Part shown: in pieces, positions 28,381-37,478 of the stretch
How the letters are laid out: each line of letters begins with the position of its first letter
Position numbering within the stretch: position 1 is the first letter of the stretch
Virus record (IMG/VR): IMGVR_UViG_3300028107_000175
Location: 87,578-151,577 of that record
Length of the DNA: 64,000 nucleotides
Direction: 5' to 3' (one strand)
DNA from: a virus
Notes under the pieces: generated by a model
Databases searched by the model: none
Told to the model about the DNA's origin: nothing
The model's input: only the letters and a program-made list of their open reading frames with translations
Program-made: the position numbers and the translations under genes

Positions 28381-28403
28381 TTTTCTACCTTGAGGATTTA
28401 CCC

Positions 28404-29645
28404 ATGGGACCGCTCAACACCTCGACGGGTTTCATCCCGTCGCTGATGTCGCTCATGTCGTCGTCTCTGCTGAAGAACCTGTCGTCGTCGAACAAGAAGA
28501 TGGTCGGTGATCGTCTTCAGGAAAACAACGGCCGCCTCTTCCCCGTCGACAATCTGGCCAAGCTCACCCAGAGCACGCGCGTTGAACCGATCGCCATGGT
28601 CGACCAGCGCCTGGCTGGTCTGGAAGCGACCACACAGAGCCTGCTGGCCCTGTCGGCGCTGTTCACGGCATATTACCTGCAGGCTGTCGCGCTGCTGGTG
28701 AATGTCGGTCGCGTCAACACGATGCGTCTGCTCGATTCGATCAACCCGAATCGTGACGTCACCTCCGCGGCCGGTACTTACCTGGCCAACCAGATCATGT
28801 CTTCCGAGTCCTACCGGTACGGCCTGCCGTACGCGGACACTGCTGTGCCGTCCTTCGAGGACGCCACGGACCTGAACGCTCGCCTGAACAAGCTGGAAGA
28901 GCGCGCCGGTCGGCAGGAGAAGGACCCGTCCAAGGGCACCGGTATGAAGATCGACGCCGGCATGCAGAAGGACATCATCAATGAAACGGCCAGCCTGTCG
29001 GTGGGCCGTCTGGTGAACGTCACCATCCGCAGCGCCACCAAGGACGGCAAGGACGAAGAAGCGACGATTCCGATCATGATTCGCCTGATGGTGAACCTGA
29101 TGGCTCCGTCCATTCTGACTCATATCCTTGGGGACAACAGCAGCAACACGTCGGCCAAGGAAATGTTCCACACCTGGCGTGCCAAGGGCGGCGGCTTTGC
29201 CAACTTCTGGCGTGACATCATCTTCGCGCAGGATCTGATCGACGAACACCGCAAGACCCTGATGAAGGACGGTAGTGGCGTTTACGAAGACATCCTGTCG
29301 CGCAACCGCGGCAACAAGTACACCAGCGCGCTGACCCAGGTGCCTTCGCTGAACAACGCCGCCAACCTGGTGGTGATCTCGGCGCAGACCGCGCGTGATC
29401 TGGAAACGAAGATCGGCGGCAAGCTGGACGATTACGCTGTTCGTCAGCGGGTGTTCAAGAGCAGCTACCTGCTGTTCCTGGTCGTGGTCGATACCGAGTG
29501 GGATCGCGTGACCTTCTACACCCGCGACATCAAGACCCCGAACCGGCTGTCGGTCAAGGAACTGAAGGTCTCCAACAAGGGCACTGGCCCGGACGTGGAG
29601 CAGATCCTGAAGGCGTACCAGCTGGGCAACGCCCCGACCATCTAA
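28404..29645 (+). CDS. Head (inner-body) protein (phiKZ gp89-like)
   Basis: 413 aa; first gene of the head-protein operon; PSFE candidate cleavage site. Confidence 0.6.
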   Translation: MGPLNTSTGFIPSLMSLMSSSLLKNLSSSNKKMVGDRLQENNGRLFPVDNLAKLTQSTRVEPIAMVDQRLAGLEATTQSLLALSALFTAYYLQAVALLVNVGRVNTMRLLDSINPNRDVTSAAGTYLANQIMSSESYRYGLPYADTAVPSFEDATDLNARLNKLEERAGRQEKDPSKGTGMKIDAGMQKDIINETASLSVGRLVNVTIRSATKDGKDEEATIPIMIRLMVNLMAPSILTHILGDNSSNTSAKEMFHTWRAKGGGFANFWRDIIFAQDLIDEHRKTLMKDGSGVYEDILSRNRGNKYTSALTQVPSLNNAANLVVISAQTARDLETKIGGKLDDYAVRQRVFKSSYLLFLVVVDTEWDRVTFYTRDIKTPNRLSVKELKVSNKGTGPDVEQILKAYQLGNAPTI

Positions 29646-29660
29646 CCGGAGAAACTCCCC

Positions 29661-30554
29661 ATGGAACTCAAGGATTTCCTCGAGACGATCACGCCGAACT
29701 TCGAACGTTCGCGCATGATCGAAGACATCGAGATGCAGCTCGAGATCATCGACACCTCGGTGCTGCCGACGCTGAAGACGCTGGAGCGGGTCATGTCCGG
29801 TCAGGCGTTCAAGTCCAAGGCTGCTGAAGATCTGCACGGCATCATCGGTGCCAAGGTCACCGTGCTGCGTTCGCGCAGCCTGACCCAGCAGCTGACGGCC
29901 ATCGCCAACACCCTGTCGGACAACCTGGAATACATGGAAAAGCAGGCGCCGGTGATGTTCGCCAAGGACGTCACCCGTGAAACGATCACCTATCGTAAGG
30001 GTGCGTTCCTGCAGCTGCTGGCCCTGAGTCGCTTCGCCGGCGACTACATGGTCCGCGTGCTCAACTACGTGCTGGAATCGGAAATCGCCGTTCGCACCAA
30101 GGGTGATGCCACCGCACGTTACGCCAAGCCGGAACTGGAAGCGCTGGCTCAGCAGCTGGTGCCGTTCGCCGAAACCGTGGCCACGCTGTACGTGCCCCGT
30201 CAGGAGTTCGTGCACAAGCTGGACAGCATCCCGGAAATCACCTTCGACCCGGCCCGCATGGGCGTGGTCAGCCAGACCGTCGGCGCCGGCAAGCTGTCGC
30301 CGTTCCGCACCAACGTGCTGGCCACTCGCTTCAACCCGATCTACAAGGCGCGCATGATGATCGCCGAGTGGCAGGTGAAGAAGTACAAGGCCAAGAAGGA
30401 AGAGCAGCGTGCGCTGGAACTGCGCTGTCTGGCCCTGAAGGAAGCCATCGAAGGCAAGCAGGACCCGGCTCTGCAGCAGCAGCTGGATTACACCTCGGGC
30501 CGTCTGCAGTCCCTCAACTACGAGCTGCAGCGGCTCGAAGAACGCTACTCCTAA
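29661..30554 (+). CDS. Head protein (phiKZ gp90-like)
   Basis: 297 aa with a C-terminal coiled coil; synteny. Confidence 0.6.
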   Translation: MELKDFLETITPNFERSRMIEDIEMQLEIIDTSVLPTLKTLERVMSGQAFKSKAAEDLHGIIGAKVTVLRSRSLTQQLTAIANTLSDNLEYMEKQAPVMFAKDVTRETITYRKGAFLQLLALSRFAGDYMVRVLNYVLESEIAVRTKGDATARYAKPELEALAQQLVPFAETVATLYVPRQEFVHKLDSIPEITFDPARMGVVSQTVGAGKLSPFRTNVLATRFNPIYKARMMIAEWQVKKYKAKKEEQRALELRCLALKEAIEGKQDPALQQQLDYTSGRLQSLNYELQRLEERYS

Positions 30555-30573
30555 GTAGCGCCGGAGAAGCCAG

Positions 30574-31083
30574 ATGACCCAGATCACCGTGTACCCGCGT
30601 CTGTACACGTCGCGCTCTGCCGGAGCGGACCAGCTGGTCCACTCCAGTGGCGACGATAGTGTTCAGACATTGTATGAGCTGCACCAAGCGATTGCGACGA
30701 ATACCACCTCGTGGAATTTCCGTCGCATGGTCCTGGAGTGCGCCATCCGTTTGTTCGGCGATTTCGCCACCTGGTTGGAAGACCAGCGTCGTAATCCCTA
30801 CATCACTGGCTATGCTGAGCAGTTCCTCAACGACACCATCGATTACATCCACGGCGGTAGCCGCACGATGTCGGTAGTGACGTGGTCGGATCTGATCAGC
30901 TCTGCCGGTTCGGTGGGGAAAGTTGCCAACATCGCGTCGTTGAATCCGGCCCAGACGCTTCTGGGTCGTGGTGAAACCACCGCGCATGTCTTGCAGCAGT
31001 GGTGTGCACGTCAGGGCGGTGTCGAAGACCTGCTTCAAACGCTGCAGCTTCTCTTTGGTCGTGGCCGACGTACGGCGGCCTAA
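30574..31083 (+). CDS. Conserved hypothetical virion-operon protein (169 aa)
   Basis: GGAG RBS; synteny. Confidence 0.6.
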   Translation: MTQITVYPRLYTSRSAGADQLVHSSGDDSVQTLYELHQAIATNTTSWNFRRMVLECAIRLFGDFATWLEDQRRNPYITGYAEQFLNDTIDYIHGGSRTMSVVTWSDLISSAGSVGKVANIASLNPAQTLLGRGETTAHVLQQWCARQGGVEDLLQTLQLLFGRGRRTAA

Positions 31084-31130
31084 GCCTTTTCCAACGCAAC
31101 ATCCCTTTTAGCTAGAAGGAAATCTTCACC

Positions 31131-32489
31131 ATGTCCACCCGTAATCGCATCCTGGCCGCTCTGTCCAACGAGAGCCTGCAGGAAGATCCGAACGCCGCTG
31201 CTGCCGCCGCTGGCGGTGAAACCACCGCCGTTGAAGCCCCCATCGAAGCGCCGGCCGAAGTCGAGCAGCCGCTGATGGAAGTGGCCGAAGCCGAAGGCGA
31301 AGCCGACCAGGCTCTGGCCGCCGCTGACGAAGCCACCGAAGTGGTCGAAGCGCTGGAAAGCCTGCAGGACCTGCTGGAAGGTCACCAGGAAGACGGCCTG
31401 AACCCGCAGGCTGCCGAGATCGCCCAGTTCGCCGTCGAACAGCTGTACAAGCGCGTCGGCCTGAGCAATGGCCACGGCCTGCCGTCGCTGGAATCCTTCA
31501 GCGGCCACAGCAACCGCGTGCGCGCCACGCAGCTGTCGCAGGAAGCCATCGGCCAGAAGATCAAGGAATTCTGGGCGGCCATCGTCCAGATGCTGATCAA
31601 GGCCAAGGAAGCCGTGTTCAACTTCATCAAGAAGATCTTCGACGCGCACTACCGCGTGTCCGAGCGCGCCAAGTCGCTGGCCGGCAAGGTCGACGGTCTG
31701 ACCGGCACCCCGAAGGACGGCGAAATCGATCTGGGCAGCCTCGCCCAGAAGGTCGCCATCGGTGACAAGGTCGCCACCCCGCTGCACAGCGCGATCACCG
31801 CCGTGCAGGACGTGCTGAAGGACGTGCTGTCCTTCGGTGAAGCCGAAACCAAGAGCCTGACCGAAAGCTACGAAGCCGTCAAGGCGGCAGTCGAAGGCGG
31901 CAGCGCCGGCGATTCCAAGGTGTACGGTGGCTTCGAACTGGCGGCCTCCAAGGCCTTCAAGAATGCCGTCAACGGCCGTGAAGGCGTGAAGGCAACCGAC
32001 GTCCTGCCGGGCAACGTCAAGTTCTTCCTGGGCACCGAGAAGTCCAAGCTGGGCAACCTGCTGGTCAACTACGCGGTGAGCGGCAAGATCAAGGACAGCG
32101 CCAAGGCCGGCAACACCAAGATCAAGGTGCTGTCGAAGGAAGAAATCAAGCAGGCCATCTCGGCCATCGAACTGCTGCTGCAGCAGGCCAAGGCCGTCTC
32201 CGACGCCGCTTCGAAGGAAGTGGAACGTTCGAAGAAGACCTTCGCCAGCATCAAGGTCGGCGACGAAGCCAAGATCAAGGACCAGGTCGTCCTGCGTTCG
32301 CTGATGCGCGCCTTCCAGAAGCAGGAAGCCGAGCAGGGCAAGGCCGCTGGCCGCGTTGCCTCCTACGCCGTGGAACTGAGCAACGACGTGCTGAACGTCC
32401 TGCAGAAGTGCATGGTGGCCTACGACCGCGGCAACGCGGACGCCGGCGCCAAGCAGATCGGCCAGGACAAGAAGGAAGACAAGAAGTAA
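31131..32489 (+). CDS. Internal head protein paralog (gp93/95/97-like family)
   Basis: Ala/Glu-rich propeptide, LPSLESF and LSQE|AIGQKIKEFW motifs. Confidence 0.7.
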   Translation: MSTRNRILAALSNESLQEDPNAAAAAAGGETTAVEAPIEAPAEVEQPLMEVAEAEGEADQALAAADEATEVVEALESLQDLLEGHQEDGLNPQAAEIAQFAVEQLYKRVGLSNGHGLPSLESFSGHSNRVRATQLSQEAIGQKIKEFWAAIVQMLIKAKEAVFNFIKKIFDAHYRVSERAKSLAGKVDGLTGTPKDGEIDLGSLAQKVAIGDKVATPLHSAITAVQDVLKDVLSFGEAETKSLTESYEAVKAAVEGGSAGDSKVYGGFELAASKAFKNAVNGREGVKATDVLPGNVKFFLGTEKSKLGNLLVNYAVSGKIKDSAKAGNTKIKVLSKEEIKQAISAIELLLQQAKAVSDAASKEVERSKKTFASIKVGDEAKIKDQVVLRSLMRAFQKQEAEQGKAAGRVASYAVELSNDVLNVLQKCMVAYDRGNADAGAKQIGQDKKEDKK

Positions 32490-32542
32490 TTCTTGTCGCG
32501 CCTGGGCCTGAGGTCCTCTCCTAGGAGAGGCCTCTAGCATAC

Positions 32543-32578
32543 TCCCTCCCCGGTTTCGGCCGGGGAGGGTTTTATGCT
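32543..32578 (+). terminator. Hairpin flanked by GCATA and TTATGC
   Basis: CCCTCCCCGG-tttcgg-CCGGGGAGGG then TTTTATGC. Confidence 0.7.
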
Positions 32579-32640
32579 GCCATCTTATGACTCGCCAGTC
32601 TCGCGCTGCGATGTATCAACCACATTACAGGACAGTTCCC

Positions 32641-34035
32641 ATGTCGAATCTCAAAGCACATTTCGGTCTGGCGGTCGAATCCGCTGCCGAAGCAGCCGCC
32701 GCTGTTTCCGAAGTGGCCACCATGCCGGTGACCTCCGCTGAACTGGTGACCCCCGAAGACGGTCCCATTGCCGAAGCCAATGCTGAAGTGGCTGCTGAAG
32801 TCGAGGCCGCTGGCGGTCTGGAAGAAGCCACCGTTGCACTGGAACAGCTGCATGCCATCCTCTCCGAAGCGCTGGATGACGGCGGTATGTCCCGCCAGAC
32901 CGCGCGCGTGACGCAGGTCGCCGTGGACATGGCGCATCGCCGCATGGGCCTGAGCCCGCGTGCCCTGACCTTCGAGAACGACATGCCGCCCATGGCCCGC
33001 ACGCGCCTGACCATGGAAAGCATCAGCGAATCCATGAAGGCCGCATGGGATGGCTTCATCGCCTTCTGCCTGCGCATCTGGGCCGCAATCAAGAACGTCT
33101 ACCTGAACCTGACCAGCAAGGCACGTCGTCTGCGCCAGCAGGCTACCAAGCTGAGCGAACTGGCCAAGGCCATCGCACCGGGTACCAAGGCCACCGCTCG
33201 CGAAGTCGAGCTGGGTGAACTGGCCAAGTGGATGTACTTCAACGACACCAAGGCCGCCGGTCCGGTGGATTGGCTGGAGACCACCAACGCTTCGGTGCGC
33301 GATGGCGTGGACAACGTCCTGAAGACCGCAACCGATGCCGTGGACGGCCTGGTCAAGACCCTGGGTTCGATCGATGCCAGCGACCGCGGCAGTCTGAGCT
33401 TCACCGTCAAGATGCTCGGCGCTCAGCCGGCCGGCTACATGACGGCCGTGGGCTCGCCGCAGGGTGAAGGCGTCACCGCCCGTCAGCAGTACATCGCAGG
33501 CGTCATGCCCGGCGGTCTGAACCTGGTCGCCAACCTGCCGGCTCCCAACGCGTTCACTGCCTACGAAAGCGCGCCGGAAGATCAGCGCGTACAGGCCGTG
33601 GGTCGTGACCACTACGTCCTGCAGCCTTCGGAAAAGCAACCGACCGTGGAAAAGGTCTACGTGCTGGAAACGGTCAAGCTGGAAGAGCTGGCTTCTTACA
33701 TCGCCGTGATGTGCGGTGACTACGAAAGCTACATGGGCAAGATCGCCGATTTCGAAAAGCATCTGTCCCAGAAGCTGAACACCCTGCGCAGTGCCATGGG
33801 CAAGATCCAGAACACCGTCAACGTCGGCCACGGCGAAGCGGGTAAGTGGAATCGTGTCCTGGCCGCCACCCAGCGTGTGCAGTCCTCGCGCTTTGCTCAG
33901 CTCACCACGATGGGCGAGTACAACCTGCGTGCCGGTAGTGCCTACCTGCATGTGGTCAGCAAGATGCTGGGTCTGTACGCCACGGCAACGCCGGCTGCTG
34001 CTCCGGCAGCTGCGCCGGCTCCGGCCGCAGCCTGA
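32641..34035 (+). CDS. Internal head protein paralog
   Basis: GLAVES, LTFE and LTME|SISESMKAAW sites; Ala/Pro C-terminal tail; start re-picked at MSNLKAH. Confidence 0.7.
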   Translation: MSNLKAHFGLAVESAAEAAAAVSEVATMPVTSAELVTPEDGPIAEANAEVAAEVEAAGGLEEATVALEQLHAILSEALDDGGMSRQTARVTQVAVDMAHRRMGLSPRALTFENDMPPMARTRLTMESISESMKAAWDGFIAFCLRIWAAIKNVYLNLTSKARRLRQQATKLSELAKAIAPGTKATAREVELGELAKWMYFNDTKAAGPVDWLETTNASVRDGVDNVLKTATDAVDGLVKTLGSIDASDRGSLSFTVKMLGAQPAGYMTAVGSPQGEGVTARQQYIAGVMPGGLNLVANLPAPNAFTAYESAPEDQRVQAVGRDHYVLQPSEKQPTVEKVYVLETVKLEELASYIAVMCGDYESYMGKIADFEKHLSQKLNTLRSAMGKIQNTVNVGHGEAGKWNRVLAATQRVQSSRFAQLTTMGEYNLRAGSAYLHVVSKMLGLYATATPAAAPAAAPAPAAA

Positions 34036-34044
34036 TGTAGGCAT

Positions 34045-34080
34045 AGCCCCACTCCCTAACCGGGGAGTGGGGTTTTATGC
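34045..34080 (+). terminator. Hairpin flanked by GGCATA and TTATGC
   Basis: CCCCACTCCC-ctaaccg-GGGAGTGGGG then TTTTATGC. Confidence 0.7.
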
Positions 34081-34147
34081 TGATCGTATGGCTTTTACTG
34101 CTCCATCCTCTAGGGCGTCGGCCCCTTATTTGCCATTGAGGTAAATC

Positions 34148-35425
34148 ATGAACCGTAACAACTTCCAAAAGGCTCTCCGGGGTGAAGTCTCCGTTGAGAG
34201 TCGATCCTTGGAGACGCTGGACGCCCTGGCGACCGTGGACATGTCCCACGATGTCGGTCTGGACCTGCAGTCTCTGGATCAGCAGATGCAGAAACTGGAC
34301 GCGTTGATCCACCTGCAGTCTGTGGCAGCTCTCGTGCCGAAGCATTCGATGGAATCGCTGGCCTATGTTGAAGCGGCTTTGTCCGCTGTGGGTGAAGCTG
34401 CGGCACTGCCGTCGCTGGAGTCCTATAAGGACACCACGCTGGCCACCGAAGGTCTGGGCGATCGCATTCGTCAACTGATTGCCAACATCCGCGCTTTCCT
34501 TGCACGCATCGTCGTCAAGATCAAGGCGTTCTTCGGCGCACTGGGTGAAGATGCCAGTCAGCTGCAGTTCCGACTGGAACTGGCCCGTGACCTGCACAAG
34601 GAACTCTCCGGCCGCTTCCCCAAGAAGTCGCAGGTGCAGCTGGGTCAGACGGCACTGATGCTGGCCATGCGTGAGGGTATCCCCAATGATGCCCGCCTGA
34701 TCATGACCTATGGTCGCAACATCGAGACCCAGCTCAAGTCGCTGCGTACGAACTACATCCCCAGTGTCAAGACGGTCGGTTCGGGATTGGCTGACCTGTT
34801 GAAGCATCCGGCCATTGGTGCCGATCAGGGCGATGGCTGGCTGGACAAGATGACGCAGGTCTGTGCACCGATGTCCTTCGATCGTCTGAAGCAAGTGATC
34901 GGTCCGCTTTCGCGCATGGTCGACAGTCGCTTCACCGTCAACTCCGCTTACATGGGTCCGCCGATCCTGGGCGGTCGTGCGCTGGTGTTGCTGGACGGTC
35001 GCGTGGACCATTCTGGCAGCGATCCGATTTCCCGCGCCATGGCGGCACGTCACACCAAGTTCGTCTTCGTACGTCCGTACCAGGCCAAGCAGGTTGACAC
35101 CAGCATGGCCGTCATGCCCACCATCCCACACACCCTGATCGGTGGCGTGCTGGATTTGGCACAAGACCTGTTGACGGAAGTGGGCCACTCCCAGGGGGAA
35201 GGTCTGCGTTCCAGTCTGGTGGAAATGGATCGTCAGCTTGATGCGTTGGCCAAGCAGGTTCCCGATGCAGTGGGTAACGTCAATGCGATCCAAGTGGGAC
35301 TGGGCTTTGGTACCAGTTTCTCCCAGTGGTGCACTGCGCCGTATCTGGAGATGATCTCCCACACGCTCTCGGTCGTCAACGCCCTGATCATTGCTTCCAA
35401 CAAGCACATGGCTGCTTACCGCTGA
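34148..35425 (+). CDS. Internal head protein paralog
   Basis: LPSLESY and LATE|GLGDRIRQLI motifs. Confidence 0.7.
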   Translation: MNRNNFQKALRGEVSVESRSLETLDALATVDMSHDVGLDLQSLDQQMQKLDALIHLQSVAALVPKHSMESLAYVEAALSAVGEAAALPSLESYKDTTLATEGLGDRIRQLIANIRAFLARIVVKIKAFFGALGEDASQLQFRLELARDLHKELSGRFPKKSQVQLGQTALMLAMREGIPNDARLIMTYGRNIETQLKSLRTNYIPSVKTVGSGLADLLKHPAIGADQGDGWLDKMTQVCAPMSFDRLKQVIGPLSRMVDSRFTVNSAYMGPPILGGRALVLLDGRVDHSGSDPISRAMAARHTKFVFVRPYQAKQVDTSMAVMPTIPHTLIGGVLDLAQDLLTEVGHSQGEGLRSSLVEMDRQLDALAKQVPDAVGNVNAIQVGLGFGTSFSQWCTAPYLEMISHTLSVVNALIIASNKHMAAYR

Positions 35426-35492
35426 TTTTTGATCGGCACTCCATCATCTATGGTGATTTAGCACCATGGCTTTTTTCCAAGGAACTGACAAC

Positions 35493-37427
35493 ATGTCCCA
35501 GTACACTCGCAATCGCCTTCGACAGGCCATGGAGTCGTTGCAGGAAGGCGGCCAGCCCGACCTGACTGTCGTCGACGTCCCGGTCACGCCGGAGATCCCG
35601 GCCGTGCAGGCACCGGCCTCCGAAGTGGTCAATCTGATCCAATCCACCGCGCAGGCTCAGGCCGATCGCGAATACGTGGAAGAAGCACGTTCCATCGTCG
35701 ATGGCGTGCGTGACTTCACCGAAGCTGCTGAAGTGGTCAATGCCCGTGGCGGCATTACCCAGGAAGCCTATGGCTGGATGGCCATGGGTCTGAACCGTCT
35801 GGCCACCGCCATCGGTGCCAAGATCCCGCAGAACCTGAACATCGGTCTGGAGGCGTTCAATGACGGCGGCCGTGTCCAGCTCGACATGCAGGAACTCAAC
35901 GGCCTGCTGGCCACCGTGAGCGAAGGCACGCAGCGTCTGGAGGCCCGTTCGGCTGAAGCGGTGTGTCGCATGCTCGACGCCCTCGCCGAGGCACTGCCGG
36001 CCGCACAGGAGCGTCTGTGCCATGTCGCAGAGATCGCCAAGTCTCGCGAGCACGAGCCGGAAGGCAACGTCGTGTTCGGTGACGGTCTGAACGTCGCCCT
36101 GAGCGTGGACGGTCAGGTTCCCGATGAACTGGTGAACTACCTGCAGCGCTATGCACTGCTGGGTCAGGCGATCATCACCAACTACTCCACCCAGGCCTTC
36201 GATGCGGCCATGGCCGTGGCCACGCTGCCGGACACGATGGACTTCGCCAGTCCCGAAGCGTTCTGGGCCTCGGTGGCTGTCAAGGTCGATGCCGTGGAAG
36301 ATCCGCGCAACGCCCTGACCGAAGATCAGCTGGTGGCTTCGCTGCCCAACGGCGGTCGTCTGTTCGGTGACCGTAAGGACGCCGAGATCCCCGAAGGCGG
36401 CAACCCGGTGCTGAAGAAGCTGATCGAATTCAGCGAATCGCGCGCCGTGGAAGAGCAGGCCAACGATGCCAACGTGCAGCGCGTGGAAGAAGGTCAGCCC
36501 GGCTATGGTCGTAAGGCCCTGCCGCTGAACGACATCCGCGTGATCTCCCGCTCGCTGTGCGAGCTGCTGGAGAAGGTCGACGTCAATGCACTGGCTCAGC
36601 GCAGCAAGGCTGTGCGCGGTGACGTGATCAGTGCGGTCTCCACCGCCAAGTCGCGCTTTGCCGAAACCAACCAGGACATGAAGATGTTCCTGTCCGACCA
36701 GTTCGGCGTGGTGGTCAAGTACATCGACACCGCCTACCTGCTCAGCGATTGGCCGATCCTGAACTACCTGTCCAACCTGGTGTTCACCACCAACGCGTTC
36801 GTGCTCTACGCCGAGCGTTCGCTGGCGCTGCCGGAAGGTGGCGTGCCCGATGAACAGCCCGAAGCGCAGGCTCCGCCGGCTGCCGATCCGACTGCCGCAC
36901 CTCCGGCACCGGAAGGTGATCCGAATGCGGCGGCTGCTCCGGCTGCTGACGCTACCGATCCCAATGCGGCCCCGCCGGCCGCAGGTACGGATGATGCTGG
37001 CGCCGCCGTTGGCGGTGATCCCACTGCTGCGGTGGACCCCAACGCGCCGCCGGCCGATGGTGAGCAGGGTACCCAGCCTGCCGATCCGGCCAACCCGGAT
37101 GCTCCGGCCACCCAGGACGGGACGACCGATCCGGCGCTGAAGAGCAACGATCCGGCGCAGGACCCGAACGTTGATCCGGACGTGGCTGCTGCGGCTCAGG
37201 GTGAGATCACCCCGGCTGCTGCCGACGCTGGCGTGGGTCAGCCCAAGGATGCCGCTGGCGCGGATGTTCCGGGCGCTGATGCAGCTGCCGCTGCTGCTGA
37301 CGATACCGGCGCTCCGCCGGCTGATGGCACCACTCCTCCGCCCGACGGGACCAACCCGCCGGCCACTCCGGGGGAAGAGGAAGAAGACGAAGACGATGAT
37401 GAGGACGACCAGCAGGCCACGGCCTGA
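35493..37427 (+). CDS. Internal head/virion protein with a ~195-aa Pro/Ala/Asp-rich tail
   Basis: AAGGA RBS at MSQYTRN; QAMES and IGLE|AF sites; PAADP/DPNA repeats ending EEEEDEDDDEDD. Confidence 0.7.
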   Translation: MSQYTRNRLRQAMESLQEGGQPDLTVVDVPVTPEIPAVQAPASEVVNLIQSTAQAQADREYVEEARSIVDGVRDFTEAAEVVNARGGITQEAYGWMAMGLNRLATAIGAKIPQNLNIGLEAFNDGGRVQLDMQELNGLLATVSEGTQRLEARSAEAVCRMLDALAEALPAAQERLCHVAEIAKSREHEPEGNVVFGDGLNVALSVDGQVPDELVNYLQRYALLGQAIITNYSTQAFDAAMAVATLPDTMDFASPEAFWASVAVKVDAVEDPRNALTEDQLVASLPNGGRLFGDRKDAEIPEGGNPVLKKLIEFSESRAVEEQANDANVQRVEEGQPGYGRKALPLNDIRVISRSLCELLEKVDVNALAQRSKAVRGDVISAVSTAKSRFAETNQDMKMFLSDQFGVVVKYIDTAYLLSDWPILNYLSNLVFTTNAFVLYAERSLALPEGGVPDEQPEAQAPPAADPTAAPPAPEGDPNAAAAPAADATDPNAAPPAAGTDDAGAAVGGDPTAAVDPNAPPADGEQGTQPADPANPDAPATQDGTTDPALKSNDPAQDPNVDPDVAAAAQGEITPAAADAGVGQPKDAAGADVPGADAAAAAADDTGAPPADGTTPPPDGTNPPATPGEEEEDEDDDEDDQQATA

Positions 37428-37478
37428 CGGTTGAGGGGCTTCGCAAGGAGCCCCTTTCCTCTCTACAAGGAGAACATC

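Noticed and set aside
36830-37380. DNA tandem repeat or diversity-generating target
   Set aside because: Repeats are degenerate at the DNA level and periodic only at the protein level; there is no template/variable pair or reverse transcriptase in the window
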